DNA from: Octopus bimaculoides
Taxonomy: Eukaryota
Direction: 5' to 3'
Assembly (NCBI RefSeq): GCF_001194135.2
Contig: NC_068984.1
Span: 25,296,142-25,360,141, forward strand
Length of the DNA: 64,000 nucleotides
A program made the translations under genes and the position numbers. Positions 1 to 13,575 of the stretch are shown one piece after another; within the stretch, counting starts at the first letter, position 1; each line of letters begins with the position of its first letter. Under the pieces are notes generated by a model. The model saw only the letters and a list, made by a program, of their open reading frames with translations. It ran no database searches and was not told the DNA's origin.

Positions 1-104
1 GAAGAATAAGGGGGACAACAGTAAATTGCTAAAAAAGTAAACAAAGAATCGAAATTTCCTTCAAACAAACTGAACAAACAGAAATCCAATTTCTGCCTTC
101 AAAT

Positions 105-319
105 TTAACCCATTAACATTTAAACCAGCCATATCTGCTCCAAATATTCTGCCAGTTTTAAGTTGAAAAAAGCCCAATCTGGACTTTCACACATACCCCA
201 CAATGTCATTCTAAATACAAACAATCACACTGAAATGTTGGAGCTACAGGATAATGCACGATTAATTCAAACCAATAAGCATTATATTCGACAGAGTAAT
301 CTGAATGATAAAGGGTTAA
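105..319. mobile_element. TTAA-ended MITE (piggyBac-like non-autonomous element)
   Basis: Ends TTAA-CCCATTAACATT ... AATGATAAAGGG-TTAA form imperfect terminal inverted repeats. A related copy lies in opposite orientation at 40508-40732. Confidence 0.7.
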
Positions 320-439
320 TCAACTGAAAAATCTGCATAACCTGAAACACTCCCAAATAAATCTTCAGTGTGTTTGAATTTTGAGAATTAGATGTGAAGA
401 CAATGCAGCAGACTGTTTTTTGCCAGTTACAGGGATGAA

Positions 440-680
440 AATAAACCAATACTGGCTGTCAAGCAGTGGTGGTAATGATGGTGGTCATGGTGGGACAAAC
501 ACAAATATACATACACACACAACAGGCTTCGAAACAGTTTCCATTTAGCAAGTTCCCTCACATGGTGTTGGTCAGCTTGGGGGTATAGAAGAAAACACTT
601 GGCCATAGGTTGTGCAGTGGAACTGAACTCAAAACCACATGGTTGCAAAGTAATCTTCTAAACCACATCCATGCCTGTAA
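440..680 (-). mobile_element. tRNA-derived SINE, family A (diverged, partial)
   Basis: Shares the body 'cagtttcc...cacaagg...ttggtc...ctatagtagaagacacttg...gtgggactgaacc...accatgtggttg...accacacagcca' with many copies in the window. Confidence 0.7.
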
Positions 681-849
681 GCCAGGTCTGTTCAGTGCTG
701 GTATTTTTCTTTCTAACAACAATTAAGTGGAAGTGATACCAGTGAAAGTAAGCTAAACAAGGTGTTCTGTACAGGATCAGAACACAAATGGCTGCAGCAA
801 GTCTTGGACATGTGACTATGAAGTCAATAGTCCAGCACTTCAAGCTACT

Positions 850-2092
850 AGTTCCTGTGCCTGTTTGAGTGCAATCTGAACTGTTGAAAGTTGATATTTA
901 CAGAAAAAACATGAACAGGATGTGGATTTCGCTAATCAGAAAACTGATTCTGATACAGATAGACAGATGGAGAAACGAAGGGGGGGTGGGAAGCTAAGGA
1001 CAGAATCAATACTTATTAAATGTAGTAGGGGAACATTATTTACTAATTTGAGCAAGACTTTATAAACTTGCAAAAACACTGCAGTTGTACCATGAAATAT
1101 TAACTCTACCTCTCCCAATAACACTTCTGCATGTACATGTGTGTAATAAAAATAACAAATAGACTATTTTTGAGGCCAACATGCAAAACGTCTTCTTAAC
1201 AAAGAATTGTGATCCCATTGTCACAGTGCTGGCTTTAACAGACATGTTGGATAGCACTACTTTGGCTAATTTGATGTATATGAAGGCTATGGATAAGGTA
1301 CAAAGAATGAACAAGGATGAAAGCTCTTTCAGTTCTGCGATGAAAGTGAGCTAACAAATTGCAACAATAACTTCAGGAAGCCAGCCATCAATCTGATTAC
1401 CTACTAATCCGGCAAATACACAGCCAAATAGACTTCATACTCACCAGGAAGTAAGACAACTAACTGGTTGTGAGTATTAGATTTTTCTCTACAGAAGAGT
1501 GTACCACAGACTAACGACCAATGATCTCAGGATAAGTGCTACACAGGCTCGGAGATAATTTGGAGAACGAAGGTATGGAAGATGAAGGATCTCTTGACCA
1601 GAGTAGGTTCAGAGAAGTACTTGATGACACATTATAAAAAGGAGAAGGAGGAAATATATTTACAACATAGAAGACAAATGAGATTTTTCTTTTTTTTTTT
1701 TTTTACAAGACTCTGCTGCAAACTACAAAAGAGATCTGTGTTTAGCACAGAGATGAAAGACTATCATGGTGGTGGCGGAATGGAATGATACAGTAAATAC
1801 AGTCATAAAAGCTTTGAGACAGACCAGAAAAAGTGGAAGTAAGGAAGAATAGTAGGTGGCTAGATTAGAAGATATACATCACCTATACTAAACAAATGGA
1901 GAAACTTGCTAAGACATATAACTTCTCTTTCTGCATTGTGAAGATCAAAGTAATGCCAGTGCAAGTCAAGAAGTTAGGGAAAACTATGTGCAGAGAGATA
2001 GTTCCTATTGATGCTAAAATGAAAGGAGAAAAGTGCTACCATGAGGAGCATGGAGAGAGAGAGAATGAGAGAGAGAGAGAGAATGAGAGAGT

Positions 2093-2130
<38 letters not shown>

Positions 2131-2830
2131 ATGAGAGAGAGAAATGGTAAGGGTAAAGATTTTCTGAAGAAGCTACTACAGAGGGATCGAATTGATGAAC
2201 AAAGTTACAAAAGTAACAAAATGAGTTATAGTCCAGACAGCTAATTAAGAAGAGAATTAGCTTAAATGTGGTGCAGTTTAGGTCTGTACCAAGAGGAGGT
2301 ATTACAGGTACTCTCCTCTTAGTGGGACAATTAAATAAGTTCTTAATGAACCATTAAGCATGGCATTTGTTAAACTGGAAAAGGTCTTTCACAGGATACC
2401 ATGTTCTTTAGTCTTGTCTATGAAAACAAGGTGCAGATAAATTGCTTGTGAATGTAATTCAAACTATGTGCAGAAATGTCATCACCATGGTAAACAATAA
2501 CAAGAATTTAGCAAGCAGGAAGTTGTCTATCAGGGGTCAGTTTTCAACCTCCTACTTATAGTTATCCATGCTATAACAGAGGAGTTTAAGACTGGGGGTC
2601 CATAGGAACATCTGTATGTTGAGCTTAGAAGCAAGAGGCTTCAAGGTAAACTTAAAACAAAATTTTAATTAGCAGGAAAGAAATCAGGTGTGCTACATTC
2701 TGGGAAATGGTTATGTTTAGTATGCAGAAAAGGTTTACTTCTAAATAAACTATGAATGCCCAATAGATGCAAATGTATAACAAGCAGGCTGACAGAGAAG
2801 ACTTCATATGTAGCAAGTGAACAGAGCAGT
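850..2830 (+). pseudogene. Decayed RTE-clade LINE ORF2 (APE endonuclease + reverse transcriptase), split by a (GA)n tract
   Basis: Frameshifted translation gives AGFNRHVG..GYG*GTKNEQG*KLFQFCD..NNNFRKPAINLITY*SG..SQIDFILTRK (about 1225-1455, APE). It also gives MAFVKLEKVFHRIP (about 2360), VYQGSVFN..AITEEFKTGGP*EHLY (about 2525-2620, RT) and SGKWLCLVCRKG (about 2700). Many stops. The 5' boundary is uncertain. Confidence 0.85.
2055..2143. repeat. (GA)n microsatellite with GAAT interruptions
   Basis: Seen directly; it explains the ERERE ORF at 1896-2150. Confidence 0.95.
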
Positions 2831-3129
2831 ACTCAATTGTGGATCTTGTTTGCACTTCATAGGTTAGTAGTTAATAGGCATTGAAATATTTCTTTTAACT
2901 CCAAAGAGAACGTCTACTCTCTCAATTGCAGATTTTACTATATTAAAGATGTGCACTCACCAAGAGTTCTTCTCTGATAATAGAGCCTAGCATTTGGACT
3001 ATTGGTTGCCTGTAACTCATGTTCAGAGCAGTGCAGTCTAATGGTGATTTCTTAACATGCAGTTATTGTGGTGTTTTTTAGTAGTTATTTTTCCTATTGA
3101 AGGAAACAAAATTAGCATGATCCTACTGG

Positions 3130-3560
3130 AGGATATTTTCAAGGTCTCTTTTCATGGAGTCAATAGATAGCTTGTGTAGGAGTGCCTAGGTTGCATGTAG
3201 ATAATGCTTGGGTGCACAAAATTACAGAGGAATGAAAGGTGGTATCATGTGAATGGAAAAGTGGATATGGCTGGAGCTGATGGCAAGTATACCAATGTAA
3301 AGGAGAAAGAATATAGGGAAACAAAACTGAAACCTGGGGTATACCAAAATTGATAGATTGTGGATAAGGGAGACCCATCAGAGCATGCTGCAACAGTATA
3401 TATACTCCAATAAGAAACCAATGACTCAAGAGATGAGAGACGGATGAAACCATTGAGCAGGCAGTTTTCTCAGGAGACTCATGTTCCAGAGGAGTCGAAA
3501 GCTTTGTTGATACTGAGAGCAACAGTCTCAAGTAGATCAAAATTTGCAAAAGTTGTTAAG
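3130..3560 (-). pseudogene. Decayed CR1/L2/Jockey-group LINE reverse transcriptase fragment
   Basis: Minus strand shows VALSINKAFDS, then SINFGIPQVSVLFPYILS (cf. INSGVPQGSVLSPTLF) and HSHDTTFHSS (cf. HSYADDTTLHSS). Confidence 0.7.
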
Positions 3561-5520
3561 TTAACTATAAATCTTAATCAGCAACAAACAATTTAATGCC
3601 TTTCTAGAAGAATCTCTTGAAAAAATATCACAGCAGCATGAAATGGCATAAATATTTCACAGATACAATAATTTAATGTAAAACTTAAGTTCACAATTTA
3701 TATATTTTAAAAAGGAATATTGCTTTAAATATTAATTATTTTTATAAACTATTTGCATAAACTGAGTTAACTATTTGAATAAACTTTTAAGCATTAATAT
3801 TTTCTAATCAAATTCACAGACTAATATTTAAAATATGAATTTTACAAACAAACAAAAAAAATTAACTGAACTGATAATGAGATCAAATTCTTAAAAGTAA
3901 ATGTCAGACCAAGGTAAAAAAAAATAATACCCCATAAATTTTATTTCATATAATCACTAAAAAACTTCTTACATATTTTCTCAAAGTGCTAGTAGAAACT
4001 TAAGAATGTGATCTTCACTTCTATACATTTAAAATATTCAAACTAAATAGATAACCTTTTTAGGTAAATAACTAATAGGTTTCCAATATTAAGATGAAGT
4101 AGGATACTTTATGGCTGGAGTTCTTATGTACCAACTAACACACATATAGTCAGACCAATGATATCAGCCACAGCTGTTAGTTGTCTAATAAGAGCCAGCA
4201 GCAATGTAAAAGTTACAAAGTAGGTTATTTTCTATACATTTTATAGTAGATTCTTTTTCTATAACAGACAAGTAATTGATATGAAAGTCTATGTAGCGGC
4301 TTAATGACATCACATTAAACAAGAGAAGTGCCTGTTTCAAATCAACGTTCCAGCTAAAGTCTATGCTGCTTATTTACTATCATTATTGAATTGTTGTAGA
4401 ATTAAAAAGAAATTTCTTTTTTTTTGGCATAAATACCTTTTATTTTGGTATGTATGTGTGTATGGGGTATCTGTGTTAGTGATGTGTGTGTATTTATAGT
4501 GTGTATGTGTGCAGGATCGAGAGAGGGGGTGCTGTATGTGTGGTGCATGTATAGTGTTACTGAGTTACCAACCACATCTGTATTGCACGTTCAAATCCTG
4601 ACCAAGCCATTTTATGTACTCTTCACACCTGTGATTTCCAGCTGTAGCCATTTGATTTTCTGCATGAACCTACAACTAAACATGTTGACAGATTCTACAA
4701 AATGTTTAGCTTGATAATTTCTGATGACCTTAAAAACTGGATCCCAATGACTAGGTTTCCTCTTCAACTTTGAATAGCAGTTGACCTTCTGTAAAGCACA
4801 AATACAGCTCACATATCAGAGATATGTGCAGCTGCTACACACACACACACACTTTTGTAACTATAGAAGAGCTTAGCTAGTTGTCAAACTGCTACTTTCT
4901 AGTATAGTACAACTACTGACCCAGCAATATATTGGATCCTCTCATTCTCTTCTACTATTACCGCAATGGTTCCTACATTTCTGCAAAAATGAACTGAACC
5001 AACCTATGTACATTCATCCTCTATTCTTGTCAAATTTATTGTCTCACCCACACACCTCACATTAAACACTGACTGGCAACTCTATGGATCTCCTTTCATT
5101 CAAGTGCCTTCAAACAGTAAAAGACCCCCAAAGTGTTGAGAGCTTATAGACTACATTGTCCTAATATATATGGTTAATCCACATTACTTTGTAAGGTGCA
5201 AAGGGCTGGTTTCCTGGTTTCTCTGGTGTATATTTTCCTCCCTGGATAGGATACCAGTCCAACACAAGATAACTTATTTTTACCAGCTGAGTGAACTGGA
5301 GCAACATGAAATGAAGTGTTTTGCTCAAAGACACAATGCATTACCCAATCCAGGAATCAAAGACAATGCATTACCTAATCCAGGAATCAAAACCACAATC
5401 TTACCATCAGGAGTCCAATGCTCTAACCACTAAGCCATGCACCACCACTGTCCTATTATATATGATCAACTAAATTAAGATGTACCTTCATGATGGTGCT
5501 CAGCAGCAATGTCCACAATT

Positions 5521-5644
5521 CTTTTCTACTCTAGGTACAAGGCCCAAAATTTTGGGGGGGAAGGGGGGGGGGGCAGTCGATTAGATTGGCTCCAGTACAC
5601 AACTGGTACTTAATTTATCAACCCCCCCAAAAAGATGAAAGGCA
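5521..5644 (-). mobile_element. Truncated SINE family C insertion with 16-bp target-site duplication
   Basis: agcaatgtccacaatt occurs at 5505-5520 and 5645-5660, flanking a 124-bp family C fragment. Confidence 0.85.
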
Positions 5645-7199
5645 AGCAATGTCCACAATTAAGTTTGTCAGTGGCTCTATCTATGTAAATGGAATTAGTT
5701 TCTCTGCAATAGGTCGTGGAGGTACTCAATAATTAATGCATGCAGTATTTGTCTCAAACACAGAGGAACTCTTCAGTAATGGCTCAATGATATACTCCAT
5801 CATAATTACTGCTGCTGCTATCTATATAGCGAAGTTTAATAATGCACAATAGCAGCATTAAAGCTGCACATGCACACGCACACGCACACACACACACACA
5901 CAAATATTGAATATGATTTTGGCCTTTATTTTTTAATAATTATCTCCTAAGTTGGTAACTAAGAAAATCTAGTAACCAAATATAAAACTTTAAAAAGATA
6001 CTAAAACCAGACAAAAAAAAACCATGCATTTTATGTTTTAATTAGATATTTTAGCTGTTAAAAGAAAATCAATGTTTCTATAGCTACCTACACACTTTTA
6101 GTTCAAACAGATGGTACCCACCTGATTCTAAAAATATGTCTAATGCAAAAAAGTCATTTTTAAATATAAATTCATCTTTAAAAATGTCTTCTTTTTCTGC
6201 AAAGATTTTTAACTAGGCTCAAGGGCAGAAATTCTGGGAGAGTTGTATAGTTGATTATATTGATCCCCTATCAGCCTTGGAAGGGTGAAAATGTCTATCT
6301 TGATAGGGTTTGATCTTGCAATGTAAAGAGATGCATCTAGATAGCAAGGCATTTTGTCCATCTCTCTACCAATTTTGCCAGCCCTATTAAAGTAATGGTA
6401 AATTTTGTGTAATTTCAATAAAGTTTTAGGCAAATGATTTTGTTTCAAATTGGAGGTTATTTATTCTGTCATTCTGCATGAGAAAAATTTAAGTGGAAAT
6501 GTTAAAGTGAAAATTTTCTCTTTGTTGATGGCTTAGGTCACAGGCTTTTGACACTATTATTAACTATGTGATAACAATGTCCTTAAAGCAAGGTTTTTGT
6601 GACATAGAATATCAAAATACTAAGTGCTTTAACTGCTTCAATTACCCATAATCAGACTGAATTATGTATTCAATGCTTTTGTTTCAAATTATACAGGTGG
6701 TGCTAGCAATAAAAAAAAAAAATTTGACTGGATGTTGTTACACATTTAACAACTGTCAAACAAGTCAAGAGAATAATTGCAGAGCCAAATAGAGTTATTC
6801 AGCAAATAGTCACCTCCACTCCAAAACAAACAAACAAAAAAGGAGATGAGCCGGGAATAAATTTAACAACTGTTTTCATTTAAATATTCTTAAAGATGAT
6901 CAAATATATAGATGGAAAAGTCCCATAACCTTTAATGGATCACTAGGTCATGAATAAAAGTTTTATCTTTATGGTGTATCATGTATGGGAGTCCATCTCT
7001 TCGAGCATCACAAGACAGAGAGAAGAAAATAAATGCTATTTCTCCTGGCTCTTCATGTTATGGGATTAGATCCTGCAAAGGTCAACCATGCCTTTTGTCC
7101 TTTTGGGATTGCAAAAACAAAATACCAGAAGAGCACTGATGAAGATGGTATTGACCTCAAAGCTGCTTACCTTGTTCCTAAATTAGAAATAATGACAGT

Positions 7200-7498
7200 T
7201 CTTTCTACTATAGGTGCAAGCCCTGAAATTTTGGAGGGAGGGGGATAGTTAATTACATCAACTCCAGAGCTCAATGGACACTTATTTCATTGAACCTAAA
7301 AGAATGAAAGGCACAAGACAGACAGTATTGAGGGAAAGGTGTTAGTCAATTCCACTGACTCCAGTACTTGACTGGTACTTAATTGATTCTAGAGGATGAA
7401 AGTCAAAGTTCACCATAGCAAGATTTGAGTTCAGACTATTAAGAGCTAAAACAAATACTGCAAAGCACTTTTACTCATGCTTTAACAATTCTGCCAGC
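7200..7498 (-). mobile_element. Two stacked SINE family C fragments
   Basis: Repeated motif 'ctggtacttaatt..tgaaaggcaaagt..gatttgagttcagac..aacaattctgccagct'. Confidence 0.7.
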
Positions 7499-7522
7499 TA
7501 ATAATAATAATAATAATAATAA

Positions 7523-7883
7523 TGGATCATAGATATAGCATGCCCAGCTGACAACAAGGTATGCAATGAGGAAGAAAGAAAAGTCAATAGATATGACAGG
7601 TTAGCTTGGGAGGTTAAGCAGTTGTGGTCGATGAAAAAGGTGGTGGTAGTAGTAGTACCAATAATTGTCGGAACCCTGGGAACTGAGTAAAAACCTTGAG
7701 AAGTACATGGAACAAATAGGGGATGCAATAAGGGTGGAGCACTTGCAGAAAACAGCACTGCTTGGAACCGCTCAAATACTACGGATGGTGCTCGAAAAAT
7801 AAGGGGTGTTACCTTAGTTTACTGGTAGTGAACAGCTGGCACTGTAGTACATCTCCAGCAATAGAAGCTGTGCAAACACAATA

Positions 7884-7916
<33 letters not shown>
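7523..7916 (+). mobile_element. 5'-truncated R4/Dong-clade non-LTR retrotransposon (restriction-like endonuclease C-terminus + 3' UTR) inside (TAA)n
   Basis: 7523-7802 translates with one frameshift to WIIDIACPADNKVCNEEERKVNRYDRLAWEVKQLWSMKKVVVVVPIIVGTLGT/SKNLEKYMEQIGDAIRVEHLQKTALLGTAQILRMVLEK*. (TAA)n is present on both sides. Confidence 0.85.
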
Positions 7917-7917
<1 letters not shown>

Positions 7918-8463
7918 TCTATGGTAGAGCAGCAGCACCCATAACCTCTATGAAACATAGGCTGTATCAAATATTCAAATGAATTAAGCATTACCTATTT
8001 AGCTATCACCACTACTAACAAGATACATTCAAATTACAAGTGCTCGATCACACATTAAAAGGGTTTTGTGATTCTGTCACAAAATAAAATCATTATTAAC
8101 CTAATAGGATTATTACTGATATACTTTGAGATTCTCAGATCACAGCACGAGTCGGTTTAATTCTGTAATACTGTAAACAAGTGTAATTGAATACTTGGTA
8201 ATGCTGTAGTAACTAGTAAAACAACAACCCAAGAAAATTGAATCCCTTGCTCTTTACATTAGGCAATGTCATATAATACAATGGCGCCAAATCTTTCTCT
8301 TTCTTTTCTTCTCAATATCATATCAGTTGGATTCACGAACAAAAGCACAGTAATATATTCCACATTCGCTTCATTACAAAGAATAGTACAGTGACATAAT
8401 GAAATCTAAAACAAAATGTGAATTCATAACCAATTACTCAATATCCATTTGAGCAGCTCTAAC

Positions 8464-8498
<35 letters not shown>

Positions 8499-8569
8499 TC
8501 ATCATATTGTATCCTTAAAGCAAGAATTATTCACTTAGCTTACAAGACTGGTTTATTATCAATATTATT

Positions 8570-8790
8570 TAAAGGCGGCAAGCTGTCAGAATCATTAGCA
8601 TGCTAGGCAAAATAATTAGCAGCATTTCATCTGTCTTTACGTTCTGAGTTCAAATTCTGCCAAGGTCAATTTTGCCTTTTGTCCTTTAGGGATTAATAAA
8701 ATAAGTACCAGTTGAGCACTGGAGTCAATGTAATTGACTTACCCCTCCTCAAAATTACTGACCTTGTGTCAAAATTTGAAATTATTATTT
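8570..8790 (+). mobile_element. SINE family C, near full length
   Basis: Starts aaggcggcaagctgtcagaatcattagc; contains ttctgagttcaaattctgccaaggtcaa; ends cttgtgtcaaaatttgaaattattatt. Confidence 0.8.
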
Positions 8791-10519
8791 TTGTTATTAT
8801 TACTATTTAAATCTCCTGTTTCAAGCTCTCAGGATACAGTTTTGATATTTTCAAATGCAGGGAAGGAAAATTTACATGAAAATATCTAAATAAGGGCATG
8901 TTCCCAAAAGGAATTTATTTATGATGTAAATTCTACGAAATACTTCTACAGCATATCAGTATTAATATATTATACATCATTGAAGTCTCCTCTCAGAGAG
9001 ATTGAATTAGGTTTTGATGCAATATATGATAGTAATCAAGCAACTTAGGATACCATTTCACAGTCTGAATATGTTAACACTCATTGATTTTAGATTAATG
9101 AGTGTTAAATTCATAACAAATGAATAGATAACGAGCTGGTATACAATTAAAAAAAATACATTTATTACACAATTTGACAGGCATTCATATGTTAGATATT
9201 AATGCATTTTGCTAAAATGTGCAATGTTTTTATGATGGTTCTTTCAGCAGATTTACTGCTTCTTGATGATTCATCATCTAATCTGGTATTTGTTGCGTCT
9301 AGAATGCAATACCTTCCCAGTCACCATACCCTTCAGAAATATTTGTATACACACACATACATCACACACACACACACACGCAAGCATATATTTGTATGAG
9401 TAAGAGAGAAATGGGGAGAAAGAAAGAGGTGGGGGTATAAACATATGAGCCATATTTATCAACAGTACACAAAATTGGCTGAAAAGAATGCTCAGTTTAA
9501 TTTATATTTGTTTGAGTGGATAGAAACTGTAGGAAGTACTTTGATAAATATCTTACATGCCAGAATACACAAACCACATTTATTATAATATATCTATAAA
9601 GCAACCTGTCTGTTAAACATCTGCTCATTTCTATTTTGCCACTTTATAGATTGAACTGATAAAGTAATCAACTGAAAGAGTCAATAATAAAAGTTATTTT
9701 TGAAAATAAACTATATTGAAATTTCTTTTATTCCCAATCTAAGATAGATTGGAAGGAAAGAGAAGGAAAATGAAACAATATCAAATTCAAAAACTTAAAT
9801 TGGGAAAAAATGATTTTAAAAAATGATAAAAAGAAATGAAAAGCGAGCTGGTTTTAATGCATGTGGAGAAATAATTTTAATATGGATGAGTAAATTTACA
9901 TAAGATCATTTAGTCAGGTCTTGTAATTAAAAATTTCAAGTAGTCAGACAGCCTGGTATATGATATTTGTCCTAGATATGTCAATGACTTCTATGTAACA
10001 TCATCACCATTATATATTTTTTTATTTGGTTATATTTTAATTTACAAGTGTCATCAAATAATAATTAAGGTTTTAAACATGAGGTTTACATAGCAGCACC
10101 TTCAAGACATTATGTGTTTCAAAAATAGGGCTGGGAAGATTAGATTTATTCATAAGAGCAAACAATAACTTTAATATGAGCTGTTTTATTTATTTTTCCC
10201 TCCTTTTTAAAACCATGAAGTGTCAAGTAAAATAAATAGGTTTAAGGAAGGAAGTTTATACAGCCAGTATGTTTTATAATTGCAATAAGATTAACAGATA
10301 AGAAAACAAAGACTTAACAGAGTGGAAGAGGAATAAATTCAAAAGAAAGGTAACTGCTTTCTTCCAGTTTTACCCAACAGAATGGAGAGTTACTGAAGTA
10401 TATTCCATACTTTTAATCTCTTTGGTTCAACACTCAACACAAGCTACCACAAAGCCCTTAAATGAGTCTTAATTTCACAGCTAAACCAAATGCATATGGC
10501 TGTACATTTAGTTGTCTTA

Positions 10520-10885
10520 CCTTCTGTTTCAGTCACTGAACTGCAACCAAGTTAAAGCATCCCTTGAAGGGTTTAAGTCAAACAAACCAACCACAGTAAG
10601 TTTATTTTGTTTAAGTCTAGTACTTCTATCAGACCTTTTGCTGAACTGCTAGATTACGGAGACATAAACAAACCAATATCAGTTGTCAGGCAGTGGGGGT
10701 GGGGAGAGACACACACACAAAAAAAAAAATAAATAAGCCTCCATAGTTTCTGTTTATGAAATTCGCCCACAAGGCATTGGTTATCCTGGGGCTATAGTAC
10801 AAGACACTTGCTCAAGGTACTGCACAGTGGGACAGAACCTAAAACCACATGGTTGCAAAGCAAGCTTTTTAACCACATAGCCATT
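10520..10885 (-). mobile_element. tRNA-derived SINE family A
   Basis: Family A body with an internal (CA)n tract and a tRNA-like head at the right end. Confidence 0.75.
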
Positions 10886-12625
10886 TATGCATGTATTTAT
10901 TTAGCAGAATGATTAGTTTTATTTTAATTAGCATAAAACCTGGCAGTAATATGTATAGCATGTTGGTCTATCAATTGAAAAATGATGTCTAGTCACTGGC
11001 TTTGCACTTCGATCTGAATAATGTTAACCAATTTTATATTATTTCCCCAACAGCAAGAGCACAGTGATGAATTTGGTTGCAAACTAAGAAGCTATGAATA
11101 ACAGACTTCAGTGTGAAAATTAAATGATCTTCTTACCTAAGAATAAAATTACCTATCAATCAAATGAAAGTTAAAGTGTTGTAAAAAAAAAATTTTTTTT
11201 AAACTTGTAAAACAATGGGTACATCCCTTTAATAGTGAATAAGGGAAGGGGGGTACTCCTTAAGATGATGCTGAAATATAAGAAAATACTTGAAAAGCTG
11301 CTGTTTGAAATAGAATATGGTGGCCTCAGTGCATGATAAGGAAGAAACAGTAGTAATCAGCTTCTAAATTAACGTTAATTCATTCCAGTTTATTCTACAT
11401 GAAATACAATTATTACAGAACAATTAGATGTCTGTTCAGGTCAAGGCAATATGTCTACATTCAACATTATGTTAAGCAAATAAGGTTCAAGAGGTAGAAC
11501 TGAGAAATTATTATGTAATGAATAGAATAGCAGGTTTTAGCACAGTTTTTTCTTTATAGAGACACCAGAACAACTAAAAGACAGATGAATTATGCCTGCT
11601 GTTTGGGCAACAAGAGCAATACATTTACTATCTAACAGCTGCTGAAATGATTCAGTATACCTTTGGCACATGGAGGTGGATGAGTAAAAGAGAAGAGTGA
11701 GAAACAAAAAAGCTGACGGAGGGAGGAAGAAAGGGAGGTGAATAAAGAGAGGGAGGACATGCACACATTAACCAATGGATGACTCAGACCTTCCAGGAAT
11801 GGAAGGGAGTAGGGATGTGAGGAAAATGAAAATTTCTCGATCCTCCAGTACATCAATCGTTTTATAACTCCAAAAAAGGCAAAAATATGGCTCATCAAAT
11901 AAGGGAAAGGGTAGTGAAACAAATAATCTACAAAATAAAATTATTACATACAAATGAACCATTTATCGATAGCATTAATTACTATAAATTTAATATTTAA
12001 AAACTAGCTAATTACATATCTTTTTCTCCATTCTAAATCAAAATGTTGTAAACGCACAGTGCCTAATCCTAGAAAAATAATACTGAAACGATCTACATTC
12101 TTGGAATTAAATTTTATACCATTCTTTGAATTCATCTAAAGTAGGCTAATCAACAAAATGTTATATATAACTTGCCTGCTGAATGAAGGAAGAATTGAAA
12201 ATTAATGAGCTTTAATAACAGAAAACATTAAATTGTACTTAATTATATAAGACTGTCATAAATTCTCTGCAAGCAAATTTTCCTTCAGTAATGCAAACAT
12301 GAAAAAAAAAATTTTCTTAAATGACAGAAAGCTTGTAAATTTAAAATTATTGCCCAAATATCAAAATGAGAAATAAAGTATTACTACAAGTAAGTATTAA
12401 TTACAAAACTGGTGTTAAATTTTTTACCAGCAGACTGGAGAAGGACTTAGAGTTTTAAAAAGAAAAAAAAAAATTAAGAATGCCTACCCTAAATGCACTT
12501 AGAATTCTTATATGAACATTAATGAAAGTATAAGAGATTACCTGATAAATTACCATATGGAAATTTAGACAATTATTACCAAGCAGTATTATACAAAAAA
12601 AAATGACTGCAAATAACTGGCTTAC

Positions 12626-12728
12626 TGGTCAACTGACTGTGTGCCTATGAAAACATTTGCCATGTAAATCTATTTAAAGATTGTTTCAAGTGTTTCCATG
12701 TGGATTTTATCAGAGGATAGTCAATATA
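12626..12728 (-). other. Candidate spliced exon, 103 nt (stops in all three frames from the acceptor)
   Basis: Acceptor acattccttttcag|TATATT and donor GACCA|gtaagc. Splice signals only. Confidence 0.3.
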
Positions 12729-13412
12729 CTGAAAAGGAATGTAAGTGATAAAATCTACAGAAATATTCATAAATTGATCATAATTAGTTAAGTAACGCTA
12801 ATATACAGAACAAGAGGTATGTAATCCAAGGTTTTATTTCTACAAAATTTTGACATCTCAAAATTGTATAATCAGAATATAATCTGAGTTATTAATCAGA
12901 AAGGTTGAACTTCTTCAAAGTCATTACATCCTTCTGTCTTCAAAATAGTTTCATAAATGCCAAATCCATGACATACTGCAGATATATCTAGAATGGTACA
13001 CTTGTACCAGTAATCAGAATATTAGATCATATCTCAGAAAAAGTCATCTACCTCATAAACAAGTCCATTTCCCTCAACTACTTCTAATGACAAACTTATG
13101 AACCTATTGTATATTTATTCTTTAGGTCAGTACAACAAAACTTACTACTGTCCCACTAAATTTGTTCTATACAGCTTCCAATTAACTTTTAAATTATTGC
13201 ACTTGATACTTTTCTTACCAACAATTATTCATTCATCATTCCCTACGATAGGTATTCACAACCAATATAATTTAACTCATTCTCAACGATAATCTATTTT
13301 ACTTTAAAAAAAAAAAACTGCATTCCTCTAAAACTGCCTCATTGCTGAATTAAACCAACTTCCAGATAGCCCCTCATCGTTAAAGTTTCTTAAGGCACAT
13401 CTATTCATTAAC

Positions 13413-13575
13413 ACCTTTTGTTACCACTGAGATCACCACTGGTTCTGTGATGCCAACTTCCTGTTTTTAAATTATCTAAAACCCTTGCATCAAAATTTCA
13501 TCTTCATTTATCTTCCAATGATGACAAAGTTATTTTACTAAATTCTTCATTAGTTTCAACATTAATTGAATGAAA
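13413..13575. mobile_element. Partial TTAA-ended MITE (same family as 35499-36115 and 54209-54411)
   Basis: Begins ttaacaccttttgttacc; the reverse complement of the body matches 'actaatgaa..agtaa..tttagat..aaaacaggaagt'. Confidence 0.55.

Noticed and set aside
4569-4669. 101-nt minus-strand exon candidate VHAENQMATAGNHRCEEYIKWLGQDLNVQYRCG
   Set aside because: Moderate splice signals only, no recognisable domain, and phase 0 does not fit the phase-1 first exons.
5327-5391. About 30-bp tandem duplication
   Set aside because: Simple slippage inside a SINE copy.
9192-9298. Phase-1 terminal exon candidate (DATNTRLDDESSRSSKSAERTIIKTLHILAKCINI*) as the shared exon 2
   Set aside because: Weak acceptor, short frame and no recognisable similarity; not supportable without transcripts.
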